NCBI GenBank assembly: GCA_001643675.2
Contig: LSRY02000002.1
Coordinates: 620,001 to 684,000, forward strand
From: Monocercomonoides exilis PA203
Lineage: Eukaryota; Protista; Preaxostyla
Reading direction: 5' to 3'
Length of the DNA: 64,000 nt
Of the stretch, positions 20,323 through 32,462 are shown in pieces (within the stretch, counting starts at the first letter, position 1; every line of letters begins with the position of its first letter). Made by a program: the position numbers and the translations under genes. The notes under the pieces were generated by a model. It saw only the letters and a program-made list of their open reading frames with translations, ran no database searches and had not been told where the DNA came from.

Positions 20323-21933
20323 ATGATCATCCATTTTATTTTTTCACTTGGTATGATTGCAGAATGTACAAAAAGCCCTTCAAATAAAATAGAGGATTAT
20401 ATGAGTGAAGCACGAATTGTTGCAGCGAATATGACTGATATTGATTTGGTGGGTCAATTATTAATGCCTCATTTTTCGATGGTAGATGGAACAACAAATT
20501 ATATTGAATTATTTCAAAAATATAGAGTCGGTGGATTGTTGCTGGACGGTTCTGTAACTAATAGTGTTGGAAACCCTGCAAGATATGTTCGAACATTGAC
20601 TGACAAAATTAAACAAGCTGCACGACAGCTCCAAAAAGAAACTGGTTTAAATGCGGATCCCCTTCTGGGCATCGATCAAGAATTTGGGGTGGTTACGCGT
20701 GTTCGCGCTGGAATTGCGATTCTTCCATCAGCGATGGCTCTTGGAGCAATTCATGAACCGATGTTGGTTGAAAGAGGTTGGCTATATGCAGGGGAGGATC
20801 TTGCTGGTTTAGGGTTTAACATGGACTTTGGAACAGATGCAGATGTTTTGTCGAATGAAAAGAATCCAGTAATTGTGTCAAGATCATTCGGAGATAGTGT
20901 GAAGGCTGTGGCTGATAATGTGATGGCATCAGTTCGAGGACTTCAAAAATTCGGAGTTGCAGCAGTACTTAAGCACTTCCCCGGCCATGGAAACACTTCA
21001 TCTGATAGTCATTCAAGTCTTCCTGTTCTTAGTCAGTCTCTAGAAGAACTTAAAAACACTGATCTTCCTCCATTTCAAGCAGGAATACGAGCAGGGGCGT
21101 GGGGAGTGATGAATGGGCATTTGGATGTACGCGCTATTGATCCAGGAATGCCAGCAACGTTTTCATCGAAGATTTCAGGAGACTTGCTTCACAGCGGAAT
21201 GTCCTTCCAAGGAGTTGCTGTAACTGATGCAATGGGGATGGCGCCAGCACAGAAATGGGACTTTGGTGAAGCAGCTGTGCGAGCCGTGCTTGCCGGCAAC
21301 GACATTCTCCTCAAAACACCAGACGTTGCCAAGGCGCAGGCAGGGCTGTTGGAGGCCCTGCGGAGCGGGAGGCTTCCTCGAAAGGTGCTTGAGGATCGGG
21401 CAACGAAGGTGATCTCTCTCAGATTGCTTCTTTCTTCGTTTCCTCAGCCTGGGTTGGAAAAAGTGAACACCAACGAGAAGCAGCAGTTTGTGCGGTCTCT
21501 GCAGCGCATGGCAGTAACGGTGCTGAAGGGCCTTTGCGACAAGGCAATGATCACTTCGCCTGTGTTTGTGTCTGGGGGATTGGGAAATTACGCAGATCAG
21601 ACCTCTCGAATGAAGGCAAACCTGGCAGCGCTTGGATACATTGTGACAGAGAAGAGAGAAGAGGCGCTCAGCCACATCCACCTCGTGGGGTATAGTCAAG
21701 GTGAGGATGCACTGGACGACCGTGCGACTGTGACGGTTGCTATGGATACTCCTTTTATTTTGGGAAAGGCTAAATCACCATACAGAGTGGCAACTTACAA
21801 CAGCTGGCCCGACGCTATTGACGCTGCTACGGATGTGATCACTGGCCGACGCAACGCAAAGGGCATTTCACCAGTTAAGGTGGAAGGACTTCCGAGGTCT
21901 GCTTGCGTTAAAAAAACGCATTTGTTATTCTGA
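20323..21933 (+). CDS. GH3 beta-N-acetylhexosaminidase (NagZ-like), bacterial type, probably secreted
   Basis: Has IDQEFG, the NagZ signature KHFPGHGNTSSDSH and the TDAMGM nucleophile motif. Intronless, with a short hydrophobic N-terminus. Confidence 0.9.
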   Translation: MIIHFIFSLGMIAECTKSPSNKIEDYMSEARIVAANMTDIDLVGQLLMPHFSMVDGTTNYIELFQKYRVGGLLLDGSVTNSVGNPARYVRTLTDKIKQAARQLQKETGLNADPLLGIDQEFGVVTRVRAGIAILPSAMALGAIHEPMLVERGWLYAGEDLAGLGFNMDFGTDADVLSNEKNPVIVSRSFGDSVKAVADNVMASVRGLQKFGVAAVLKHFPGHGNTSSDSHSSLPVLSQSLEELKNTDLPPFQAGIRAGAWGVMNGHLDVRAIDPGMPATFSSKISGDLLHSGMSFQGVAVTDAMGMAPAQKWDFGEAAVRAVLAGNDILLKTPDVAKAQAGLLEALRSGRLPRKVLEDRATKVISLRLLLSSFPQPGLEKVNTNEKQQFVRSLQRMAVTVLKGLCDKAMITSPVFVSGGLGNYADQTSRMKANLAALGYIVTEKREEALSHIHLVGYSQGEDALDDRATVTVAMDTPFILGKAKSPYRVATYNSWPDAIDAATDVITGRRNAKGISPVKVEGLPRSACVKKTHLLF

Positions 21934-22106
21934 ATTGTAATAACAAAGAGATGCTTTTAGTTTTATTACACATTGTAATTTACCTTGAGAGCCCAATATG
22001 TTTGAGGATTTTATTTGTTTGTTATAAGTTAAATTAAATAGATCTATTTTGTTTTATTTATGTTATTTGTCTGTGATACATATCTTCAATTTTTGTAAAT
22101 GATCTG

Positions 22107-24701
22107 ATGACAATAACAAAAACTTTTTCAAAAGTTTTTGAAATACTTACGATTTGCTTGTTGTTTACCGTCTTTGATGCAGTAAAGTTCATTTGTCCAT
22201 AACGCATTCTCCGAATAAAAGATGATAGCATGTGAAAATTTTTTTGAATTTCAGTTCTCAAAGTTTAACTTTATTAACAGAAAGAATTTATTGATGAAAG
22301 CTATCCTTATGTTTCAGGGAGTGTTTGCCCTAAAGGCAACAAAAATGTTCAAATTCTTCGCTCTGTCCTTCATCAACTTATCGACAGTTTGAAACAAACA
22401 TTAGATTGATTTTAACTTTATAAAAAACAATTTCAGAGCCCGGAAGCTGTAGAGATTTTATAAGACATGGAATCATTGAAAATGTGATAGAGCTACTTTG
22501 TAGTGATGCAACAGATGAAGAAATAGTATGATTTTTTTTTTTTTTCCTTGAATGAATATATTCTTTTGTTTGCAAAAGACTCTTTGCACTCAACTTTTGA
22601 GTGTTTTTTCTCTTCAACATCAAATTTCCAAAAATGTAACTTTAGAATGGAAAGAAGATTTTTCGCTTCAGCACTTGATAAAACTTTCAATGGTTAAATT
22701 TTTTTTCTCCAAAAGTTAATTTAAAAAATTTAAATTATTCATTATTTTCAGAACTCAAATCTAGAAACAAGCGCACATAGCATTTGTGCATTAATCCGAC
22801 TTGTCCAATTAGATCCAAGTGTTTCATCTTCAATATGTTCAAGCGTTTTAATAAAGAAATGTGTTACGATTCTCCTATCAACAAAAAAAGATGTCAATGA
22901 AGAAAAAAAGCAAATGCTGATAACTCAAAAATTGAAGCTTCTTGAGCTTCTTCGGAACTTGATTGCTATTCCAACAACTCCACTTTCATTGTTTGGAATT
23001 CAAAAGAAAAAAGGAAGCTTCTGTTTCGCAACAAATCTGCCTCCTCAAACACATCTGAATGAAAAAGATGTACTCTCAGAAACGAAAATCACTTCATCTC
23101 ATTCTTCTCCTTGCTTAACATCTCCTGAATCTTCCTCATCATTGTCTTTTTCTAAAGTCCCAGCTTCTTCTTCCACTCTTCTTTCAGTCATTGTGGATAT
23201 GGAAGCGAGTCCAATTGATGAACTTTCCGATGCTGCAACGCTTCTTCTTAAGCAGATCAAAAAACGGATTGCTTCGCAATTGCAGAACACGAAGGGCACA
23301 ATTGGATTGGGTGGAGATGTGATTTCTATGCTTGTCTGCTCGGAGCAGCGAACAGAATCGAATGAACCTGAACCTGTTCAAAAAGAAAGTGCAAACATCA
23401 CTTCACAGCAACTTCCCATTCCCCAGCCAGACATCAAAGATCATCCGATTTCTTCAAACACTCAGCTCTCCTCGCAAGTCTCCCTCGTCAAACTGAAGCA
23501 GTCTCCGTGTGCTTCACACTCTCCTTCACCTTCGCCATCGCCCCAGCTATCTGCATTTCATCCTCTTCTTCAGCACCCGCTGCCTTCGTTTGTGAAGGCC
23601 GAGCTTGTTTCGAGCTTCTCTCTCTGCCACGACGAGGAGGGCAGCGACGACTCATCGCTGGAGTCAGAAGAGGAATCTGAGCAGAGCGCAGCCCCTGTCC
23701 AATTGGATGGCCTGAATCCCTTGATGCGCGAGCTCGCTTCCTCTCCAGTAAACACCTCATCACCAGAACTCCCAATTTCATCTGTCTTCCCGCTGATGCC
23801 TTCGTTCAGCTCTCCAAATGCGCTTTCTGCCTCTCCGTCTCCGTTTCCGTCGCCGTCTCCCAATCTGCCTTCTCTTCTGCAGCTCGTGTGGAGGCGCGAG
23901 CATTACGGCGTGTGTGTTGTTGGCAACTGCCTCGGCAAGCCTCATCCAACTCCTCCTGTGCAAACAACAAAAGATGGAGTGGTCAGCGAGGAAGGTGGAA
24001 AAAGCAAAGGAGGAGTGTATGAAATGCAAGTGGCATTCCAAAATGACTACGATGCATTGTCGACTGGAGTTGGCATTGTTGAGGAAAACCATTTGTTTTT
24101 GCAGCGTGACATGTTGGGCGAGGACAGATGTTTGCTCAATTGTGTTAAATGCATTTAGATTTCTTATAATTGATATTATTGTTTTTTATTCATTAAAAAT
24201 ATATATATTCGCCTTATTTATTCATTAATTTTTTTTGTTACTTCCCTGTTTGCGCATTAGATTGTGGATCATTTGGATGTGGGTATGTTCATTTCATTAT
24301 TGAATTTCTTGTTTAAGTTTTTTTTTCTTTTATTGTACTTTTTTTTAGAGGGACTTTATGGTATGACAGTCAAATGAGCGATGGAAATTCCACCTGGCAC
24401 AACAACGCGATCATTACTCTTGTTGCGGATACGCGCGGATCTGTCTCTACTCTCCATCTCTTTATCAATGGAGAACAGCAACCATTGTTTTTTTCGCACC
24501 TGCCAAAGCATTTTCGTTTTGCGGTTTGAAATTTTAGTGCAAATATTATTTTTTTAATGCAATTTTTTTTTATTTCTTTAGATCGACTCTGAGTATGCGG
24601 GAACAAAAGTAACTTTTCTTTCACTTATTGAATGCTCTGAAACAAGAGTTAAGCAAAATCGCTTTCAAAAAGAATTTTGTTGGACATCTCATTCAAGATG
24701 A
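22107..24701 (+). CDS. ARM-like/SPRY(B30.2)-like protein, 8 exons (start tentative)
   Basis: Phase-consistent exons: 22107-22181 (tentative), 22281-22386, 22437-22525, 22579-22692, 22752-24129, 24261-24282, 24349-24523, 24582-24701. The C-terminus GNSTWHNNAIITLVADTRGSVSTLHLFINGEQQPLFFSHLP is SPRY-like. FIRHGIIENVIELL is ARM-like. Confidence 0.7.
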
Positions 24702-24849
24702 TACAATTCATGATTATGCATTCGTGCACATTTTTAATTTTATTTTCATAAAACTATTTCAATTAAAAGAAAATTTTTGAAAAAAAAAATATATTTAGAT
24801 CATAACCATATTTTCCCGAGAATTAACCATCATTCATATCCAACATTCA

Positions 24850-25537
24850 ATGGTTTGCTCTTTCTTGTATTTACGATGACATCACATGATCTTACGAAAA
24901 TCCTGTTAATTAATATTTAATAATTTAATATATTCTCAATGGTCAATTGAAACTTTTAGCGCGATCGCTTTGTTCAAGTCGGAAGAGTTTGCATACTCAA
25001 TTATGGCCGTAGACAACGTCTATGCACAATTGTCGATATCATTGATCAAAATAAAGTTTATTTTGCTTATGCTTTTTGTAATGTACATTTGATATATTTT
25101 TTTTCTATGGTTTTTTTAATAAATCTATCTCATTTCGAAATGCTTCGTCTTCAAAGGTTTTGATCGACGGACCAAAAGCATTGACAGGAATTAGCCGTCA
25201 GGTTTGCAGTCTGAAGCGCCTTGCCCTTACACCATACACAGTCAAGATTCCACATGGAATTCATCATAAATATTTGGTTAAAAAATTCAAGAAAGCCCGC
25301 ATTCTTCGTCGTTTCGCAAGAACTGCATGGGCTAAAAAGATCAACAAACGTCAACACAAGCTTCATGAATCTGACTTTGACAGATACAAAGCAATGAAAA
25401 TGCATCGTGCTTCATTCTTTGGTCCTCATGTTCCAACAATTCCAGGAAAAGAGAAGCCAGAAAAGAAGAAGCCTGCAGTTAAAAGATCAAAGAAAGTTGC
25501 AAAGAAATCAGGGAAAAAAATTGAAAAGAAAGAATAA
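24850..25537 (+). CDS. RPL14: 60S ribosomal protein L14 (eL14), 3 exons
   Basis: Coding exons 24850-24852 (ATG only), 24960-25055 and 25157-25537 give MRDRFVQVGRVCILNYG...IVDIIDQNKVLIDGP...ESDFDRYKAM, followed by a Lys-rich tail. Confidence 0.95.
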
Positions 25538-25715
25538 ATGATTGCCATGTTTCTTTTTTCATCTCAAAATAAACGTTCCGACTCGTAAAACAAGCAATTT
25601 TTTTTTTTTAATATAAAAACAATAACACAAATAATGAATATGTGCCATTAAATTGAGATTTTAAAGGGGCATTATGGTATTTAAAGACTATTTTTAACGG
25701 ATTTGCTTTGCCTAT

Positions 25716-26600
25716 TCATTCTCCAATTTCGTTTGTTTCCTCTTCTTCTTCTCCTTCACTCTCATCACCTAACTCATCCTTCATTCTGTAAATGAACGGG
25801 AAAAGTTAAAATGCAAGATATTGAAGATAAAGCAACAAACTGCATCCTCATTGAATTGGCAACAGCAGCCAGTCTCATTGATAATGTTTGTTCTGTTGAT
25901 TTTTCTGTTTGTGCAACAGGAGAAGATGTAAGTTTTTGTGATATTATTGGCAAGCTTAGCTCGGATGAAACTGTTGCTTGTTGATTTTTTGTAACGGATA
26001 AATCTTCAGAGGTCTCTGATTCTGAGTTCGTCGGTTGGTTTATTGATGTTACTGCACTATCAAATAGTTTATGGATTTGTGTTTGATATTGCTTTTGAAG
26101 TTCAAGTTCGACATCTCATGAAATAATCACAAGAAATGGCAAATATATTTTATTGAAGTGAAATTTTCTTTATTGAAAAGAATCGATACCTGATAATTGC
26201 TCACTGTATAGATTTGATTTAACCATTTGAATAATTTTTGGATAAGGATGCAAATATCCGGATGGTTCGACAAAATTCTAATGGAAAAACGTTCAGTAAA
26301 GAAAGGATGAAAAACAAACTTCCGGGATATCTGTAAATAAAGGCTTGTACGATGAATAGGCAAGTCTGTGTCCATAATCGATAACATGTCCAACAGATAT
26401 TTCTTGATTTAAAAGAGGTGGTTGATTTATAATAAAAAAGTTGTTTGCAAACTTTGTGAATTTGCAGTGCGCTTTCGGTATTCATCTATAATTTCTTTAG
26501 CTTCATCTAAAACATGAATTGTTTCATCTAGTTGCAACAAATATGTTTGAAAAATAAATTGCTTCGCTTGATGACGAGTTAATTCATCTTGAATAGACAT
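25716..26600 (-). CDS. MED4: Mediator complex subunit 4-like, 5 exons, 220 aa
   Basis: Exons 26453-26600, 26320-26402, 26190-26277, 25841-26114 and 25716-25785 splice in frame. ISVGHVIDYGHRLAYSSYKP and HPYPKIIQMVKSNLY match the Med4 core (LLxYAHRISxxTxAP...PxPxxxQMRxSxLY). Acidic tail. Confidence 0.7.
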
Positions 26601-26750
26601 TATTATTTATTATGGGTGTTTTGATTAATTCAAAATACACAAGAAAACATATTCGTTCTTAAAAACAATAACTATTTGAGAAGTATTTTGTTAGTTGCAA
26701 GTTTGGCTTCTTGCGCCCAACTTTCATTGTGCAAAAAGTTTGTGATTCTT

Positions 26751-28155
26751 TTACTTCTTTTGGCCAAGGTTGTATCTCTAAATATTTAAAATTATGAAAA
26801 ATGAAAATTCTTAATGAAAATAGTAATTAATAAGTGCCATACAAATAGCAAAATGTCTCCATCAGCAACTTCATAATCCTTTCCTTTTGTTACATTTTTT
26901 CCAGCTTCTTTAACAGCTTTTTCTGATCCAAGTGCTTTAAAATCTTCGTACTTCATTGTTTCAACGCATACAAATCCTTTCTCAAAATCAGTATGAATAA
27001 CAGCACCAGCACGGGGAGCTTTTGTTCCGTGTCTAATTGTCCAACATCTAACTTCATCTTCTCCTGCTGTAAAGAAATGAATCAATGACAATGCACTGTA
27101 TCCAACAAGAATAATCTTTGGAATAGCAGATGCAGTTTTATTTTCTTTGCAAAAGTTTTCTCTGTCCTCTGGTGTCATTTCAGAAAGCTGTTCAAAAATG
27201 TTATTTTTATAATTTTATTGAAGATAAAAAATAATTTCTTTACCTCTCTTTCAAGATCTGCAGAGAAAAGAATCATTGATTCTCCTGGTTGATGCTCATC
27301 GACCCATTGTTTAACCTGAAGAACGTGTCTACCTCTTTTGTGAATGTAACTTTCTTTGTTCATGTTTACAAGAACAACTTGAGGTTTTGTTGTGAGTAAT
27401 CCAAATGTGTTAATCACTTCAACTTCATTCGGTTCCCACTTTCCAAAGCGCACATCAGTTCCACTTTTCATGAGTTCAATGCATTTTTTAATTGTATCCT
27501 AATTATTTATAAAAAATATATAATATTATTGTTTTAAAAATATCATACCAATTCAAATTTTTTCACTTTATCGTTTGTTCTTCCAACTATTCGTTCTAAT
27601 CCCTCAACTTTTGAAGTGAGAACTTCAATATCCTTCATTCGTAATTCTGAGCATACAATATCCAAATCGCGACATGGATCAACACTTCCTTCAACATGAA
27701 CAATATCTTCATCTTCAAAAATACGTACAACGTGGTATATTCCATCAACTGCGGAAATATTACTCAAAAATTGATTTCCAAGCCCTTTTCCTTCTGAAGC
27801 TCCTTTGATCAATCCAGCAATATCAGTAACCTGCAAAAAAGCTGGAATACGTCTTTTTGGCTTGTAAGATTCACATAAATGCTCCCATCTTTCATCTGGA
27901 ACTTGAGCGCGGGCTGTCGTTGGATCTGCAGTATGAATTTATCGTAAAAAATTATGTAACGACAAATTATTTGAAAAACAAAAACAGAAAACCTATTGTG
28001 CAAAAGGGATAGTTTTCAGCTGGAACTTGGCTGTTTGTCAAAACATTGAAAAAAGTGGACTTCCCTACATTGGCTAATCCAACCACTCCCATTGTTAAAG
28101 TATTGCTTGAGCGGCCAAATAATACTTTTTTAGGTGCTTGTTCCTTTGGTGGCAT
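26751..28155 (-). CDS. OLA1: Obg-like ATPase 1 (YchF/OLA1), 5 exons
   Basis: P-loop [41 protein letters not shown], and TGS-domain [14 protein letters not shown] / IHTDFEKGF / [11 protein letters not shown]. Confidence 0.96.
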
Positions 28156-28858
28156 TTATGATAAAAATATGGGCTACCCCAATATTTTCAAATACAAATT
28201 CAAATTATCATTTTTTTTATGTGGCGACTTTCACCGAAATTTATTCAAAATAAGAATTGTTTCATACAAAATAGTAATTTCTGCATTTTAAATCAAAAGT
28301 TTGGCAGAAGAAAAAAATAATTTATGTTATCTATTCAGTTATTGAAAAATAACCTTCAAATTATTGTTCATAATCTCACGGAATTTTGCAAATCCCATTT
28401 TTCCCCTTGTATGTTTGCATTGAATGAGTATTGAGACATTCTATGTGCATTTTTGAACAATATTTTTAAATTTTTCATTTTGAATTATTTTTAGCGTTTA
28501 ACTCAAAAACAACATCTTCACATAAGAAATGTCTCCTTTTTTGTTTTATAAACTGAAACTATCATCATTATCAAAAGATATTCTATTCATTTTGCATTTT
28601 GTTGGTTCATATTTCAATTGACGAATGCTTAATTATGTTTGAAAATTGAAATACAACCTTTTCAAATTAGTTTTTTTTCAGAAATGTTAATAGAAAAGTC
28701 TTTTTTGTAAATCAATAAGCAAAATCTAATTTTGTATTTGAAAGAATTAAATTCGATGAATGACTCCATTGGAGTGGATTAAAAAATTATCCAACTTATT
28801 TTTCTCAGAGTTCTTGATAATGTGATTTTTGATCATTCATATAATAAATATTATTGAT

Positions 28859-30136
28859 ATGGATATGGAAAAACTGTTACCTTCTGAAAAAGTTAAATTT
28901 GCTGCAATTCAAAAATTCGCTGAAACTCTGCCAGATCAACAGAAACAAAAATGCACGCAATTGTTTATGCCCAATGATGATTCTTTACCAGATGCTGTTT
29001 CAATGGAAGAATTTTCAAAAGAGCTTTCTGTCAGAGATAAAGTTTTGTTTTGGAAAGCTGTTAATGAATGTAATGATGCATTTAATCCGAATTTGCAATC
29101 TGAATTACACAAAAATAATATGGACGGAGAATTATTACATCCGGAGATAATCAATCAAAAGGAATTCACATCCATTGAGAAAGAATTACAATTTGAGCAA
29201 CAAACATGCTGCGAACCTATGCATTTACAAAAATCAGCCATTCACCAGATTTGGGAAGCAAGTTATGTTGCTCCAATTTTGGATAAGGATGGAGTTCCAT
29301 CAGTAATTCATTATTCTCGTCTTATGCTTGACTACGATGAATATTTGCCTTTTCTAAAAGCAGATGATTTGTGGAACAATAAAACGCAAATACAGTTAAA
29401 TTTGGCAAATAAGGCAATTTGTTCGAATTTATTTTTGGATGATCGATCACTTGGAGATGATCAAAAAGCAGTAATAATTGAATTCAATCGTCTATTGCAA
29501 AAGGAACGTGACAAAGCATATTTCCAAACCAAATTTTATCTAAGCAAGGAATGTGTGAATATTGTTTCCTGTATATTTATTTTTATTGGAATAATGATGA
29601 TTTTTGGTCATTTCTATTTTCGACTTTACGGGGGATATATATCGAGAAGAATGCTACTTATTCCTGGGGTAATTCTTTTATTGTTGCATTTTACGATATT
29701 TGGGTTTCAATGCTTTGCAAGTGGCTATTTTGTTTCGTTGGGAAAAAAGCGATCTCTAACAGATCCTGCCTTTGAAGGCAAATTGAAGAGAGTAATGAGG
29801 CCCTGTGTGGAAAAGCGAGTTAAAAATTGGAAGTACAAAAAGGAATGGAGATGGATAATGAGCAAAAAAGAGCAAAAGATAGCCAAGAGATTTGAGGAAA
29901 TGGAATATTTTATGGGAGATGGAAATGATTTAATTATTGGAGACGAAGAGGAGGAAGAGAAAAAGCGTCTTAGAGCAATTCAATCAAATATTATTCACAA
30001 GAAATTTACCACAAATGCAGCATTTGAACAAGATAGTCATCTATCTTTACCAAGAAATGATAGCCAGTCATTTTTTTTAACTTCTTCTCGTTCAGCTTTT
30101 AACATTTTCAAGAAGGATGTTCATGCAGTTAATTAA
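28859..30136 (+). CDS. Hypothetical membrane protein with two predicted TM helices
   Basis: Long open frame with first ATG at 28859. Two hydrophobic stretches (IVSCIFIFIGIMMIFGHFYF; MLLIPGVILLLLHFTIFGF). No family recognised. Confidence 0.65.
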   Translation: MDMEKLLPSEKVKFAAIQKFAETLPDQQKQKCTQLFMPNDDSLPDAVSMEEFSKELSVRDKVLFWKAVNECNDAFNPNLQSELHKNNMDGELLHPEIINQKEFTSIEKELQFEQQTCCEPMHLQKSAIHQIWEASYVAPILDKDGVPSVIHYSRLMLDYDEYLPFLKADDLWNNKTQIQLNLANKAICSNLFLDDRSLGDDQKAVIIEFNRLLQKERDKAYFQTKFYLSKECVNIVSCIFIFIGIMMIFGHFYFRLYGGYISRRMLLIPGVILLLLHFTIFGFQCFASGYFVSLGKKRSLTDPAFEGKLKRVMRPCVEKRVKNWKYKKEWRWIMSKKEQKIAKRFEEMEYFMGDGNDLIIGDEEEEEKKRLRAIQSNIIHKKFTTNAAFEQDSHLSLPRNDSQSFFLTSSRSAFNIFKKDVHAVN

Positions 30137-30635
30137 AGATTTTTATTAAAAACGAACATTTCCTTCCTTGTATAGTTTTATTTTCAATTGTTTATTGTTA
30201 TCATTTTGAGCAACATTATCTTTTAAATGAATTCCTGAATGTTAATGTTGCGATTAATATTTTGAATTAATTATTTATTTAGTTTGCAATAATTTTTTGA
30301 TGATGTTTTTGATATTTTTTAATTTGTAATGATAATGATTAATTTTGTTCATGCACTTACTTTTTGAGTTTTAATATTTTTTCTGTTTTTTGCGTATAAT
30401 TTTTCATCATTTTCAATTTGATGATTTTATTTTGATGTGATTTTGCATGGAGTTGCAATTCAAGGAATGTGCATTAACATGCATGTAACGATGAAATGAA
30501 TATTTTTTTTTTTTTTTGTTTAATGATAATAAAAAAGGGAAAAATTTTTTTGGTTAATCAAATTAGTGAATTCAGACGAGTTAAAGAACATGATTTAAAG
30601 CTTTATGACAATTCTCTTTTATTTTTGTTTTAAAC

Positions 30636-30636
<1 letters not shown>

Positions 30637-30668
<32 letters not shown>
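30637..30668 (+). repeat. A32 homopolymer
   Basis: 32 consecutive A in AT-rich intergenic DNA. Confidence 0.9.
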
Positions 30669-30671
<3 letters not shown>

Positions 30672-31534
30672 CCCTATGAATATCTTTCAAAAGGAAAAAT
30701 GTGGAATTTGGTTTACAGTGAAAACCGCATGAGTTTCTGACTTAATATTCTAAACAAGGTAATATTGAATATTTTTTCATGGAAAAAAGGTGGTCATTTT
30801 CAAAATCATATTTTTTTTCTATGTGTGGATAACATCTAAGTTCAAAAGTTGTTGATAAGTCGGCATACTGCAACGAAAAGCGCATCAGTTATTTTTCACA
30901 ATTTTGTAACTCCAAGAAAAAATCGAAGTTATTTAAGTTAATTATAATCCCTTTGTTATGAAAGCATGAAAAATTTTCAAAAAAAACTTTATATTGAGTA
31001 AGATAATTTAAAAAACAAAAAAATTGATCCTATGATCATTTTGATCTAAAATTGACAAATTAAAGATTCTCTCGAAATAAGACTTTTCTGAATAAAAAAA
31101 AGAGTATAAGTACAAAGACACCTAACGAATGAATGAGTATATTACAAAAAAGAGACAAAATTTGAAAATTAAATATTGGGTGTATTTTTTCGTTTTTCCG
31201 TTTTGGTTATTTTTTTCTCTTTAAAAAAAATTCATTGTCAATTTATCCATTTATTTCTCACACAGAAACTATTTTTAAATTCAAAATAACTAAAAAGAAC
31301 AGAATAATTATAATTTTTGATTTATAAGGTTTCATTGATGTCCTTCAAGTTTCATTATGCCGATAAGTCTTTTAAAACTAAATGTTTTATTATTTGTTAT
31401 TGTTTGCACAACAACCAACTTTTATGAAAGAATGACAATGAAGTGTGGAATAATAACAACACAATCATTCATTCGATAAACAAGCTTTTGTGAAAAAAAA
31501 TTTTTTTCTCGAAAAAATTGACTGATGAAAATCT

Positions 31535-31739
31535 GACTGATCCTTTTTGAAATCACACTTTCGTTCGAGTTTTAATCAAAATTTTTATCTCTATGGGATT
31601 TTTATCAAATTTTGTTTTTCGATAACAACACAATGAACAATATGTATTAACAGTTTAAGTTCATTTTCTTCAAAACCCCATTGAGATAAAAATTTTGATC
31701 AAAACTCGAACGAAAGTTTGGCTTTGAAAAGGATCAGCC
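31535..31739. mobile_element. Degenerate MITE-like inverted repeat (~60-bp arms)
   Basis: CTGATCCTTTT...CTTTCGTTCGAGTTTTAATCAAAATTTTTATCTC is inverted relative to GAGATAAAAATTTTGATCAAAACTCGAACGAAAG...AAAAGGATCAG. The ends resemble the GGGTGATTCTTTT family. Confidence 0.7.
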
Positions 31740-31756
31740 GTTTGATATTATTGTTA

Positions 31757-32110
31757 GGTACAAAACCCGCACATATGCAAAAGCCTGCACACTTGACATT
31801 TTCCTTCGAAATACTCATCCACATTCATATTTGTAAAAGAATTTTGCATTTAAATGTCACCAGAAACTTCTTTTTGTCCAATATTTTGCATTTCGATTGA
31901 AAAATCAAAAATAAAATTTTTTGTTTAAAAGATTAAAATAGATCAAAATTTTTTGTTTTTGATTTTTCAATCGAAATGCAAAATATTGGACAAAAAGAAG
32001 TTTCTGGTGACATTTAAATGCAAAATTCTTTCACAAATATGAATGTGGATGAGTATTTCGAAGGAAAATGTCAAGTGTGCAGGCTTTTGCATATGTGCGG
32101 GTTTTGCACC
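31757..32110. mobile_element. Near-perfect foldback element/MITE, ~165-bp TIRs, flanked by TA
   Basis: TA|GGTACAAAACCCGCACATATGC...GCATATGTGCGGGTTTTGCACC|TA. The arms differ at only a few bases and the spacer is about 25 bp. Confidence 0.85.
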
Positions 32111-32462
32111 TAACTATTTTATAAAATGAAACAAACAATAATGAACACTTTCAAGGACTTTATAAAGCACTTTAAATAAGATTTGTTGATTGTTTCTGAA
32201 ATATCTGTCATTTTCTCTTTTGACAGTGACTGTTAGTGCGGCCAATGACAAATTGTGACAAAAAATTCCTCAACTGATATTTTAAGTCAATAATAAAATA
32301 ATTATTGGGATCTTGAACTTCAAAATTGAAAGTTTGATATTTTTGAAATATCTTGAATTCATTTGTGTTAATTCACAGATATTATTTTATTGTTATTTAA
32401 AATTGTGGAATAATGAAAAAATTACGATTTTTGACTTATTAACAAAATCTTGTCATTCATGT

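Noticed and set aside
22058-22690. Minus-strand ORFs such as MKVLSSAEAKNLLSILK
   Set aside because: The region is explained by phase-consistent plus-strand exons of the ARM/SPRY-like gene.
24853-24959. Possible snoRNA in RPL14 intron 1 (ACGATGA)
   Set aside because: No proper D box or stem, and only about 7 nt of rRNA complementarity.
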